From Marsupella aquatica (taxonomy: Eukaryota; Plantae; Marchantiophyta), in assembly GCA_973895155.1 (NCBI GenBank), contig OZ316898.1, positions 7,799,079 through 7,863,078 on the forward strand: a DNA stretch of 64,000 nucleotides, in the 5' to 3' direction. The notes beneath the pieces were generated by a model. It saw nothing but the letters and a program-made list of their open reading frames with translations, searched no databases and was not told the DNA's origin. Position 1 is the first letter of the stretch. Each line of letters begins with the position of its first letter. This document shows, piece by piece, positions 1 to 12,154 of the stretch. A program made the position numbers and the translations under genes.

Positions 1-3000
1 TGGTCCCTAAATATTGGCCCCCAACCCGGATCCTATCGCGCATAATGGGCGCGCCACCAACTAGCAACACCCATAACTTTCTCGTTAGGCATACGCAAGC
101 GGAGTGCCTTAGCCCGTTGTGATCGGGTCGACCGAGTGCTCATGCCTAGGTCCACAGGTCTCATCGCCGCTCGGGGCCCCTGATCGGCCCAACCCGGATC
201 GGGCCATAACTTGCGCCCCAAGCTTCCGTTGTCCATGGCGTCAACTCCATTGGCCTTGGGCCCCAAAGGAGCTCACACTCAAGCCCTCAGAACTCAAAGT
301 CCATCCAAAAGTCCAGACGATCGTCCTTGAGCCCGGCCCATTTCCCCTTGACCCGACCAGCTCTCAGCTAGTCCAAGTCCTTAGTGTGTGTCACCAGCTT
401 GGCTCCTTGCCTTCGCTAGCGCCACGTCTCGTTGCCCACAAGTCTCCCCATGCTAAGTCCTCCCCTGATGGCCTATCCGGGCGTGGACCATAAGGGAGCT
501 CGGCGTCAGAGTCAACGACGCCGGAGCTAAGTGTTAAGGTAGTCGAGTTCCGCGACTGACAAGCTTTAGGACAAGTTAGGCTATTTGGGCCATGACCATT
601 ACCTGGGGGCAGGGCGGTCAGTTGGTGATTGATAGGTACGAGGGAGAACACAGGCTGCACTCAAGGAAGGAGCTATTTTGGACGAACAATGGGTGTTGGC
701 TCTGGTTCTGGCTTATGGCATTGGGAGGACTTATCGTTGACCTACTTACCAATGTCTGTTGGGCTTGAGATAAGATGCTAGACTCGTGAAATCTAGATCC
801 GGAGGGGTTACTTACCGAGATGTTTGGTTGCTTGTGCAGACAGCAAGGACCGTTGAGTAGCGGTCGTGTTGGAGAGCAAGTGCGGCTTCGTAGAAACTTA
901 GGGGTGGGTGCTAAGATTGGTGAGGGTACTGGGTGGCAAGGTCCACTACTCTAGGGAGAGACTAAGTTTGTTGGCGAAGTGGTGTATTAATATTTAGTGT
1001 TTTCTCCTGGTATGAGAGAAGGGTATGCCCATGCAAGTAATCTTTCTTCCTTCTTGCTTCCATGCTAATCATACCTCAAAAAACCTACTGATGCACCATT
1101 TGTTGCTAGAGATGTAGTTGATTGACCCCTAAATTGAAAAGTCTTACTTAGTTGAAGGACCCCATGGATGTGGCCCATAAGGTCTATGGACGGTTTGGGG
1201 ATCACTCACGGGTACTTGAAGTAGCACTTTGCATTTTAAGGGTCCATCAAGTATGTATGTACATATTTGCCCAAAAGTGGCCAAGAGTTTTTTCAAAAAG
1301 TAAAAAGTAAAGCTAGGAAAGGGAAAAAAAAAGGAGTTGCCAAGAGTTTTCAATGACAGAGCTGGAATCTAGCTAATTAGGCACTAAAAAAATTTAAAAA
1401 AAAGGCTGTCTCGCACCCTCGCTTGAGGCCTGTGCTAGTGTGCTGGGTGCCGATGTACGTGGCAGATTCAGTAACCTTATCTACTCAGTGCAGCGGGCCC
1501 ACGCTTGCATGAATTCTCAGACTATCAATGGACATCTCTTGCCTTGAAAACCGAAAGCAGGCCATTGATGGACATCTCATTAATTAACTGCTCTTTCGAC
1601 AAACGGACAAAGTGTGCACAATGGACGTCTCATTAACTGTTCTTTAGACAGAGTCTTTGCAGAATTGCAGGAGTACCACATCATCATGATTTGGCAAACT
1701 CCTCACTGGCATCCCTAGACTATGGAGGTCGGACTTTTGTTTCAAAGTAGAAAGCCACAGTCCATGAAAGGCAGGTCCTGAGTCCTGTGTCCTGAATGAC
1801 TGATTAACTCAGCGAGTAACCTTACATTGTCCAGATTCGCCGCCCAGGATGAATTTCTTGGTCGGTGTTTTTTTGCTTCGAATTGTTCGTGGAGGCTTTT
1901 CTGCTTTCATTCTTTGACTCGAGCCTTTCGTCTCGTTTGGCAGCTTTCGGGCTGTTAGGGAGTTCATCTTTAGCTCTTTTAGTTTGTGGTGTAGATGCTG
2001 TGCTGCTTGTGCATGGTTCCCCTCCCGCTGATTGTGTCTCGACTCTTTCCTCCTTTTCAAGTTCTCCTGATCAACCAAAGGGATCCCTGGGCACCTCAGA
2101 TCAGACCCAGAATTTCAGCTAGCGCTTGCAAGCCATGACGTACCCCCTCATTCCCGAAATAGATTAGATTCTTCAATTCCCACTAAGTGTCTCTCCGAGT
2201 GCCTCATGTCCGAAGCCCGCCGTGAGATGCAGCAAGCGGAAACTCTGCGATATGTAAACAAATAATGCCAAAGAACAAAAAGCGCCATACCGCTAGACAG
2301 GATCCCAACTCTTTTTAAGCTCCACGAATGGAAATTCGTCGCTCGCCCGGTCGCAGGGTCACCCAATTGTTGACTTTACTTTATGGGAAATGTGTGTAAT
2401 GATGGGCCCAAGGTCCATGACTCCACATGTCATGGGCAGGCCCTTTGGCATGTGAAGTATGATACTCGTCCATGTGCATCCTCCGTGGATCTTACTTTAG
2501 TTTTAGAAAACTATTATTAATGAGGCTGTTTGAATGACAGTTGTCTCAGGAGAACTGAACTTTCTAACAAGGTTTGACTTGACTTATCTATTTGTTCACA
2601 CTCAGGTCCTTTCCTATTGAATTATGTCCAATTTTAAGCATATGTAATCAAGCAAGTTAGCGGGCTATGTGATCTCACAGCTCAATTTGGCCACTGTGTG
2701 CTAACCACCAGATATTGGTGATTTCAACCTAGTCACTGACATTCAATTTGGCCATGATTTTACTTGATCTCGTTCGGGGGTGAAACTCAAAAAACTCCAG
2801 CCTGAGTATGGGTTTTAAAACTATTGATGAAACCGAAACAGTACATCACCCACGCCCAGAGATTCAATAAAGCTATGGTTTTCATCTCTACAGTAAATCT
2901 AGGGCAAATGTGACAATAGAAGATGGAGCTTCACGAGAATTATACATGTGAAAATTTAGCTTTGGATCGCATGATATATGACAAACAGGAACCTAAAACA

Positions 3001-3679
3001 CAATTTACCCATCGAGTGATCGGTGACGGAAGGTTCTGACCAGCATAATTCTGCAGACAGTGCGTGTCCATGCAAAGAGGGGCATCATCAGTCGTGGATC
3101 AGATGCACAGATCTTATCTACGATTGAGATTGCCAAAGCTTCTAATATCCAACCCGTGCGCAGGCCCCCTCATGTACGTAGCATGAAAGCATGTTCTATT
3201 GTTCTACCTCAGTGTGACTTTTAGGCGTGTGCGATTTCTAAATCCCATTCTGAAGATCCGCCGCTATAGAGCGAAAGTGGAGGTCATGGATTCTGTCTCC
3301 CAAATGGAAAACGGTCCCGTACTGAAATGCTTTCATGACTTCATCCCTACTTTATGCCTTCCGCTTTAGAGGCAGCAGAACTGCAGATTTGCAGAATGTC
3401 CTCGATCACTCATCAGTACAGTGAAGTAGTAACAAGGATACCCAGTCAACCCTTTTGAGCATACTGGTCACATACTGGTGACACTTGTACCTTCTCGACT
3501 TTCGACTTTCGACTCGGGGCTCGAGGTACGTGCGTGCACTGCTGGCGGCACGCAGTTTATGCAAAGCGTTTAAGATCGATGGGCCGGTTTTATTCTCTAT
3601 TGCAAAAGTATATCACAACTCAGTTAAATCTACCTTTCAAGAGGGTGCCCAGAAAGTATTTCACACCAAAGTGCTGTCA

Positions 3680-4064
3680 CAGTGTGTTTTTTTAAGTGGC
3701 GAAAATTCGCTAGATTCCACTTCCCCAAAAATACTCATGCCACTTTTGGCTAAAATTCTCTACTTTTTTCTCTCATTAACCAGTGTTTCACCTAATCCCA
3801 GGCCCCATTAGCCAGAATCTAAATTCGCTAGATTCCACTTCCCCAAAAATACTCCTGCCACTTTTGGCTAAAATTGGCTACTTTTTTCTCTCATTAACCA
3901 GTGTTTCACCTAATCCCATGCCCCATTAGCCAGAATCTAACGTCAGTGAAATAATTGAATCCAGAATCTTTTGAGCATCTTCTACTTCACGCACACTTTA
4001 CATTAGCCACTTTGGCTAAAAGTGAAATCCTTAAAAAAAAGTGAAATCCTTAAAAAATACACTG
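3680..4064. mobile_element. Putative MITE with CAGTGT-type TIRs, containing an internal 118-bp tandem duplication
   Basis: Left end CAGTGTGTTTTTTTAAG (3680) matches the reverse complement of right end CTTAAAAAATACACTG (ends 4064). Direct repeat at 3703-3820 / 3821-3938 and a 20-bp duplication near 4019-4058. No convincing TSD. Confidence 0.5.
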
Positions 4065-5060
4065 CTCACAGGTCTCTCCCGCGCTCGGCCCTTTTCGTTT
4101 TCCTCAGTCTTCGGTGCAGGTAGGGTCCTACTATTATTGTTACAACGTTACGCGACGACTGTGTTATATACCAGCAGCTCAAGCAGTTACTACAGTTCCC
4201 ATGCCTAGACATATGGGCAGGCCCAGTTCAGTCTAGCTACTGTAGTTGTAGACACTGGAGGCCGGTCCCATAAGCGATTGGTGGGCAAGAAGATTTGAAG
4301 CCCAACGATGCCCAGCAGGAGCTACGGCACCAGCAGCAGGACAGTAGGTGTCCACTTGAGAGAGAGATCCATCGTGTTCATGTTTGAAAGTTTCATTGAA
4401 CTCCATTGATTGAGCCAGCATACAGTGAGGCATCCCGAAAGGGAGAGGCCCGGGACTCCGGGAGGATTGAGAGGGCATCATTCTACATAATATTAGTACA
4501 GTTGTGACTGTGCATTGGAATGCACATTTATTGAGTTTGGGCCTTCGAACTGAATCTTCTCATTATGGAGCTCCACTTTTATGAAAATGACGAAAGGCTT
4601 GACAATGTACATCACTAAAGGAGAGGACGAGCGGACAAGCCCCGAAAGAGAAGACTGAGAAAGATACTATAAACAGGCGTAAGTCAACCCTGGCGAATAA
4701 CGAGAAAGCCAAAAGGGAAGCAAGTGGTGTCTCGGGAGTGGGAAAATGCGTTGCGCGCGACTTCCAAGTTGCTGACGAGGTTTGTTTTTCCAGTTGGTTT
4801 TCTTAGACATGATCAGAGGGAATTTAATGATAGCCTGAACAACTTGGAAGCAAAATCTCAATGGGCACGCCATAATTGATAACAAAAAGCCTGGTGTCTG
4901 GATTGGCTAGGTATGGGTAATCACCATCCCGGCTGATTTGGCAGGTTATACTGTACAGGGAGCCGATCATGGTGCGTGGTGTTAGATCAATTTCTCCTTC
5001 GCTCTCAAGAACTCAAAGCACCGTGTGATAGCTGAAATCGTTACCTGAGTATGAGAGCGT

Positions 5061-5119
5061 GAGTTAAGGTTTGGAGTCCAGCCTAATTTGGAGTTAGGGT
5101 TTGGAGTCCAGCCTAATTT
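5061..5119. repeat. 30-bp tandem duplication
   Basis: GAGTTA(A/G)GGTTTGGAGTCCAGCCTAATTT occurs twice, head to tail. Confidence 0.8.
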
Positions 5120-6630
5120 TCAACTTAATTCGTTCAAGATTTTTCTCTTTTATGTTTTTCTGTAGTTTATAGACGAGAGTGCCCATCACAGGCCCCCCTG
5201 CAACCGCATTTCGAGATTTATTTTCTCGTTTGTTGGGTAAAAGTGTTCAATCTCAATTTGTTTATCTTCAAATGTGAAGATAAGAGACAGAGAACCAGAG
5301 ATACTAGTGGGGGTGAAAAATAGTTCGAGGATTTAAGTGTATGAACTTCTTGCCACCATGGCGTTGTGGGCTAGTAGTCACAAAGTCATCATTTTTTAGG
5401 CATTATAACCACTTCAATCACTGCAAGAAAGTATACTCAGTGCAAAGGCACTTTGAGACCTCTACCTGTCTCTTAGTAGATAAAGTAAATTTGAATTTGC
5501 ATGAGATTTAGGTTCGAGTGTGAAGAAACTTGTCTCTTGATAAAGAAAGTAAATCTGAAATTTGCTTGAAATGTGGGTAGTAATAGCCCACCAAAACTTG
5601 GGCCAGAGCTCTCGTTTAGGGGGCAGTATAGCCAACAGCGCCCTGGAAACACGGCACGGCTATTTATATACCAAAGCCCTGAAAGCAGGAAATTCTATTA
5701 AATTTGCAAAGCTCATCGTTTTCCAAAGAAAGCGCAGGTTGCAGTCACTTTACAGCTGCCGCAGACTGGATACTTCGGACTTAGACTACGTTGCTGCCTT
5801 CCATGAAAATTTTGACCTATCTCACAAATTTTCAAAGTTCCGTATCTCTCTGCCAGCCAGTTATTACAATAGAGAAGAACTACGGAACTGTCCCACGGAT
5901 TCATGTCCTCGGGATTGCAAAGACATGTCCATCAGTCCAGCAAGTGCTTGCATAATTTTCAACTCCAACCTGCCCGATGAAACCTCCGAATTTGATACCG
6001 ACCATAGACTGTGTTTCCGTGGATCGGAGGATTTAGTGTATCGTGATTTTATGTGATGCTCCTGTAAAGTATGATAGATGCAATGGCTGGGACTCGCTTC
6101 TGCCAGGTCGTGCTGCTTAGCGCTGGTCTGGGTCGGTGTTGATTCGCTTTGTTGTCCTGATGTACCTGAACGAGTCGGTTGTTTTGGTTTTGCGGTTTAC
6201 AATGCAAATTGTTTTGCCATTAAAAAAAAAGAGGAAATGGTGCAATTTTCAATGCAGAATGCTTTTGCTATTTCCACAAGAAAAGATATGGCTGAGAATC
6301 TCAACAGCGCACAAGTCTACTGTAGTTCCACTCTGTCATATATATATATGGTACAAAATTCACTCCATAGCTACAAGGAAGACAATCGTACTTAACTGTG
6401 AATCTTAGATTGGATTCGCCGGCATGTAGAGCATATAGTCCAAAGAAAACATCCTGGAATTCATTTTCATCCTCAAATCCTGGAATATGCATCTGATCAA
6501 GTCTTAATGAAGCGTAAAACTTTCCCCTTCCGTGAAAGGGAATACGTCTCGTCTGCCGAAGGTGAAGGGCGCTCAGGGAGTCAATACAGCACTGTTGTCA
6601 GGAATGCAAAACGGCAAGTGTGCAAAGTAA

Positions 6631-6830
6631 CATGATCAAACGAAGCTTGGCTCCACGGAATCAAAGTTACTCTTCTTTACTAGGAAATCCTCCATGATGA
6701 AACGAAGCATGGCTCCAAGGAATCAAATTTACTCTCAAATTCTTTAATCCCTATCTAGGGAATCCTCCATGATTAAACAAAGCTTGGCCCAGAGGTATCA
6801 ATATACTCTTCTTTAATTCGTATCTAGAGA
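6631..6830. repeat. Degenerate tandem repeat, 3 copies of about 60-75 bp
   Basis: CATGATnAAACrAAGCwTGGC...ATCAA...TACTCT recurs at about 6631, 6693 and 6768. Confidence 0.7.
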
Positions 6831-7439
6831 TGGAATTGATTGAGGGAGCCAAGGCTTCAGACAGAACACTATGGTGCTCAAGTTGCAACAGGCTTTCTTG
6901 CTAGTGTCCTGTAAATCATCAACCTATCAAAACACAAGACGCGTTCACACGACTTCAGGCTCCTATAAAATTTCATCTATTCAATTGATCCCTATCTAAT
7001 AAAGAAATTTGACTAGTTCAATTAGCGTTAAGGGTTAAATTTTAACTTGGAGAGGCACTGAACTCGCACTTGGATAGGAGTTCAACTCGGACCTGGACAG
7101 CCGGTTCTGGAGGGCGAGCGATGGGAGTTGTGGGCTGCGTCGTGGGCACAGGCAGCATGGAGGCTGTTGGTGCAACCTTTGTCTCACATTCCAATGGGTG
7201 CTTCAATTTGTTTTTGTTCAGATTCAGGGATTTGAAGCGTTTGCACAAGTCTTCATCTACATCTAAAGAAACAGAACAACTTCCCGACACTTTGGCTTCA
7301 AATTTAGCTTTTCTGATGATAAAAATCTGTCCATTTCAATATAGTTCAACAAACATGGAACTAATAAGGCACTAAATAAAAACCTGCAGAGACTTCAAAA
7401 TTGGAAAACCCCATGATCACAGGCATCTACCACGACCAG

Positions 7440-8024
7440 TCAATCGCCAAACATCTTCCTCAATTTGTACATGTCAGCCTCTGCAGGGCCGGAACCCAGC
7501 ATCTTCATCACTTGACAGAATGGAAGAGGGATGGCTGGCCTGGCTAACAGAATAGCAATTGCCCATTGAGAGCAGTCCCATTGTCCGTGAGCAATATTTT
7601 CTACTTGCTCATCACTTAAATGATGCCAACACAATGAGTGCTCACCACCAACCTGGTTGGCAGGGGTCACTCCAGCTACAGCATGAGCTGATTGTATCAA
7701 CCAATCACGAAAATTATTGAAAGAAGCCTCCGCATCTGCTCCCTGTACCAAACCTGTAGGAGCACCTGGGAGACCTAGCGCAAGATGAAGTCCTCGATAA
7801 TTGACAACCTGCACCACTAGCGCACAATCGTCCTCCGTCATCCCTCGTACAATCTGATTGCACGCCATTATCAGAGGTGGCGTGAGAATGCCCTTGAGAG
7901 AATCAGCGCATGTGATATTGTGACTCAACTCGTTCTCATCAATGATGTCTCTCCTCTCACACTTGCACCGGCCAATGCGTTGCATCTTCCCCAAAAGCAA
8001 AGATGCAGAGGCTCTAAACTTCAA
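7440..8024 (-). CDS. Unassigned 194-aa ORF; possibly part of an orphan gene or TE relic
   Basis: Long, compositionally protein-like ORF with no family recognised. A possible downstream segment lies at 7042-7290. Confidence 0.25.
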   Translation of the reverse strand: MKFRASASLLLGKMQRIGRCKCERRDIIDENELSHNITCADSLKGILTPPLIMACNQIVRGMTEDDCALVVQVVNYRGLHLALGLPGAPTGLVQGADAEASFNNFRDWLIQSAHAVAGVTPANQVGGEHSLCWHHLSDEQVENIAHGQWDCSQWAIAILLARPAIPLPFCQVMKMLGSGPAEADMYKLRKMFGD

Positions 8025-8596
8025 TGTTTTCGGCTCTAAACTTCAATGTTTTCTTGAACAGAGGGATTTGATGGGAAGAAGACCCGTTCAGTGCTCACTC
8101 GCTATGTGAGGGCTCCATCCGTTTTTGCCGGTGAGTGGGGGAGGTTTGCAGGCTCACACAGCCGATTCTCACGTCCAATGATCACTCGCGATGTGAGACC
8201 TTCATCCTTGCCAGTGAGTGGGGAGAAGATAGGACGTTTTGCAAGCTCACACAGCCAATTCTCACTCCGTCATCGTATCTTTAGCTGCAAGAGAAACATG
8301 CATTGTATCCCAGGTTAGGATGCTAGCCACAAAACCGGTCTGCTAGAAGTCAGTTAAGAATGATGATTGAATTGATTTAAAACCCACAGATCGGTAATTG
8401 CGGAAACTACCTGAAGTAAGAAATCGAACCTACGAAACAAATTTGCGCAGAGAAGCTAAATCCTAACGAAGGGAGAAAATATGGACAATGGTATCCTTGC
8501 AAGACTCAATTGGAGGCACTTAAAAGAGTAGTGGAAATAATACTTAACTTGAGAAACGTGAGCAAGGTGAGGGTATTGCTATGGACCGAAAGTACA

Positions 8597-8775
8597 GCTT
8601 CGAGCTGTGTGAAGCTTCGTGTCTGGCTCGCCAACAAGGTCTATCAGGGCTGCCTCAACATTCATGTGAACATCTTCTCTATCAGCTCGCCAATTAAACT
8701 CCCCGTTCTCTATTCTCCTCTCAATTTCTTGGAGCGCAGTTAAATGGCGGTACAACCCTCATCGGTTGTCAACCC
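8597..8775 (-). pseudogene. argH: Argininosuccinate lyase single-exon fragment, frameshifted and truncated
   Basis: After a CTGCAG acceptor the minus strand reads [11 protein letters not shown](1-nt frameshift)[48 protein letters not shown]. This matches the plant ASL region EDVHMNIEAAL...KLHTARSRNDQ. Similarity stops before RNDQ. Confidence 0.85.
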
Positions 8776-11700
8776 CTGCAGCAGAATGTCACCAAAATGT
8801 CCGTCCGCCCGTCTGCAGGGAGATATCACACGGGACAGGGGTAGAAACCTGTCCGGATTCTTAATGTTTGTCAGCTGCTTCTACGACCATGATAACCGGG
8901 AGTCCCGATTGCCGCGGAGACTTCAAGTGAACTGCAGGAGCCATCATTGCAGAAATTTTAGTACGTCAATTTAAGAGCACTGAATGCTCGAGAAAACTGT
9001 CCGTGCACACACAAAGCAGAGGGTTAGAAAGCTTAGATATCTGTGCAAATTTCGACAAAATGCTTAAACCTAACATAGTAGAGAACTATCGAAACCGAGT
9101 CAGAGAGTGAGTACAACAGATCGAGAAAAGATTTATTTTCGCGAGATGGAGAAAATGCTTCGACCTGGTTGCGAAAAACTTGAGCGAGCGAGACAGAGAG
9201 TTGATAACGAACAGAGCTCGGATTGCTGCGGGGAGCTCACCAGAATGCTTCAACCTGCTACTATTGTAGTTGCACCCGAACAGACGAATCAAGCGAGCGC
9301 TCAGCTCCCAAACACACTGAGTGAGAGGAGATAGCTCTCTTCGGTTTCGAAAGAGCACTCTCCCAGGAAATATGCATGAGCACCCACGAATGCCACGCCC
9401 GGGCAGAGACTAAACTCTCTACTGGTTAATGATTACTCTGCAGTGTGTTAACATCTCAACTCTCCAAAGCTGGCTTTGGACAAGGACAGTTCAGGGCCAG
9501 ATGCGTGTAGGTTTCTTTCTTTACGCAAGTAGAAATGACTGTCCAATTTGAGAGGCCCGGAAAGAGTGACACCGCAAGTATATGTTCCTGATGTGTGGCT
9601 ATAAAAATACCAAGCTCAAATATTTTGCTCACAAATCACCTCACCTGTTCTCCATAAGCAAGCAATAGATGCTGCAAGAGCAGTGGCTGTGCCCTTTGGA
9701 GATGAGTGTAGCCTGGAAACTACAATGCCTTCGTTCGCCACAGCCAGCTTCACAATTGATACCTGCAACATAACATGTATTCCGTAAATTCACAGGTTGG
9801 ACTTAGCCCTGTGTTCTGTCACAACCCCAAATCCTAGGAAAAACAATGGAATCCGCTAGCGAATTTCAAAGATATATACAAATTTAAGCTTTCTTGAAAG
9901 AAACCAACCCCATCCAGGACTCAGCTTGAGCCTACGGGTCCAGTCAAAAATCACATTTATTTCATTTGGAACGAAACAATTTATTTTTAACTTCATGCAA
10001 AATTTGGAAGAATTATGTCCATCCCAGAATTGATGATTGTTAAAACAAAATCAAGTAACGACACAAGTACCTACCTGAAGCAGCTGGATGCGCTCCGATA
10101 ATTGGGTAAAGTCATCTCTAACCACAGGCGGACATCTGGATGCAAGCTGTATGCCATCCATTATGCGGTGATCTCTCACCAGCTGAAAATCCAACAAAAC
10201 GAATAAATTTGAGAGTTCACAGAGAAACACGCCACAACGAGGAATGAAAAGCACCGATCAAAAAGTAAGACCGGTAGGATAAGAGCGGGACGGACTTCAA
10301 GATTCCAATAGCAACAAGTCTTTCTCAATTATTCGAAGCTTAAATCAGCAATTCATGAATTGGCACGAGTGATCCCAACCTCTCTTGCTCCCTTCCCTCG
10401 CAGCTTGCTCACGTCTCCTTCCCTACTTGCTCCGGCGCAATGGCGGTCGCCCTCAATATGTCTTGGCTTCCTCATCGCCCAAATCAAAAAACTACTGTAC
10501 CGTCACTAGAGCGAGAGCTTACGGTCATCCTCAGTCTCTTGGCTTCCTCTGAGCCCATATTAAAGAACAACACTGAAAGCCGCGGCGCAGATGCCCGGGA
10601 GACAGGGATTTCTACTGTTTCTGGAGCTCAATTGAGAAGTGAACAGAAAATCGTGAAACCTTAAATAATGGGATTACCGGCTGGAAGTAGTGAAATTCCA
10701 ATCATAGGTGCTCACAACCGACAGCCAGAATAGCACTCGAGGGGAAAAGCATCAACATGATTGGAAGAAACTGGCTATACTTTCAGGCCCTCTAGGGAAA
10801 CCCAAGCGACAATAATCACAGGCCATTGCCAGGAAATTGGAGACAGATAGCGGATGCACACAATTTAAGGGTTTCCGCTGTATTTTTGCTCTCTCACAGC
10901 AAATAGGGTTCCTGAAAACGAGAGACCCAGGTGAATCCAACAGCACCAATTTCATACGCCCTTCTCTATTGAATTCACTGGCGTGAAGATATATTAGGTG
11001 AGCTCTGGCAGGTCAGATGGATTGGGGTAGACAGGGATAAAAATTGGATCTGTACTTCACGAAAATATCGTTTGCATTCAAGTTCGAGAAGAAAGGGGCA
11101 TTATTAAGATCATGACCCACGGAATCGGTATCCATGGGCAAGCCAAATTACGGAACTCATATCCACGACCTCGTTGAACCTGATGAAAACATCAAAAACA
11201 TTAATCAACAATTCTTATGGTAGCAGACAAAACGGGGGCATTGAGATCAGTGAAGCAAGGTTCGCTTCTGGGATTTGCAGCGAATTCCTAGAACTCCAGG
11301 AGCCGTAGGAAACGACCGTGCTCTAGCTCATCCTATCATCGTGTGCAATGACATTATTACTGAGTCAGACGTAAACAAGTCAGAATTGAGCATGGCTGAC
11401 TGAAGCAGCTGACGATAGCTGACGGACGGTCAGTGAGGACCAAATTTCCTGGGAGTAAATACCAGCATCAGTTTCCCGTGGACCCGGTTCAGTTTTGAGT
11501 ATTGAGTCAGTAAACTACTGTAAGGGATTCCATCCCTAAAATTGATCTTCGGAACCGGGACAGGTGCCGAGGGCAGAAAAATATTCATGGCGGATTGTCG
11601 TGTACACAGTCAGCATTAAGGTGCCGTAACCTCGAGGTATCCTCAGAGACCATTTTGCGATTATTGACCCGGAGCACCAGAAACCACATTTTTCCATCTT

Positions 11701-12154
11701 CCTTCATTGCATCCTACAACCCAATTCCTGGATAGCGTTATGACTTTCTAGGAGCTGACATCATTCGTGATCCTGGGAAGTGTCATTGCTGACGGCCATC
11801 ATCGAATGTCGCCGTCTCACTTCGACAGTGAATGGTCTGGGCCCAGCGGTCACTTCGATCTCCGTCAGTGATGAGGCAGGTCGACCCAGAACGATTGAGG
11901 GAAGGCTTTTCTCAGAGCAAAGCATTCCTCATTCGGCCTTTAAAAGTGCTTCGGGAGCGGAGGATTGCCAAGTGTCGAATTTGCAGTTCAGCGCAGGAGA
12001 AAAAAGTGAAATCGTTTCCTCCATCATCCATAATTTAAGCTCTACCAAGTGACATGCTCAGTTGTTTGTATCGATCGATTGAGTAATTGAGTGATACATT
12101 TGCTGGACATTGTGTTGTGATCTTAATTTCGATCAAGCAAGCAAGCGCCGAAGG

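Noticed and set aside
1-2370. GC-rich stretches resembling LTR or leader sequence of another retroelement
   Set aside because: No termini, TSD, PBS or coding motifs could be established.
5562-6056. 164-aa ORF, TATA-like box and short inverted repeats suggesting a gene or pre-miRNA
   Set aside because: No recognisable domain, stems of only about 7 bp, and no conserved miRNA sequence recognised.
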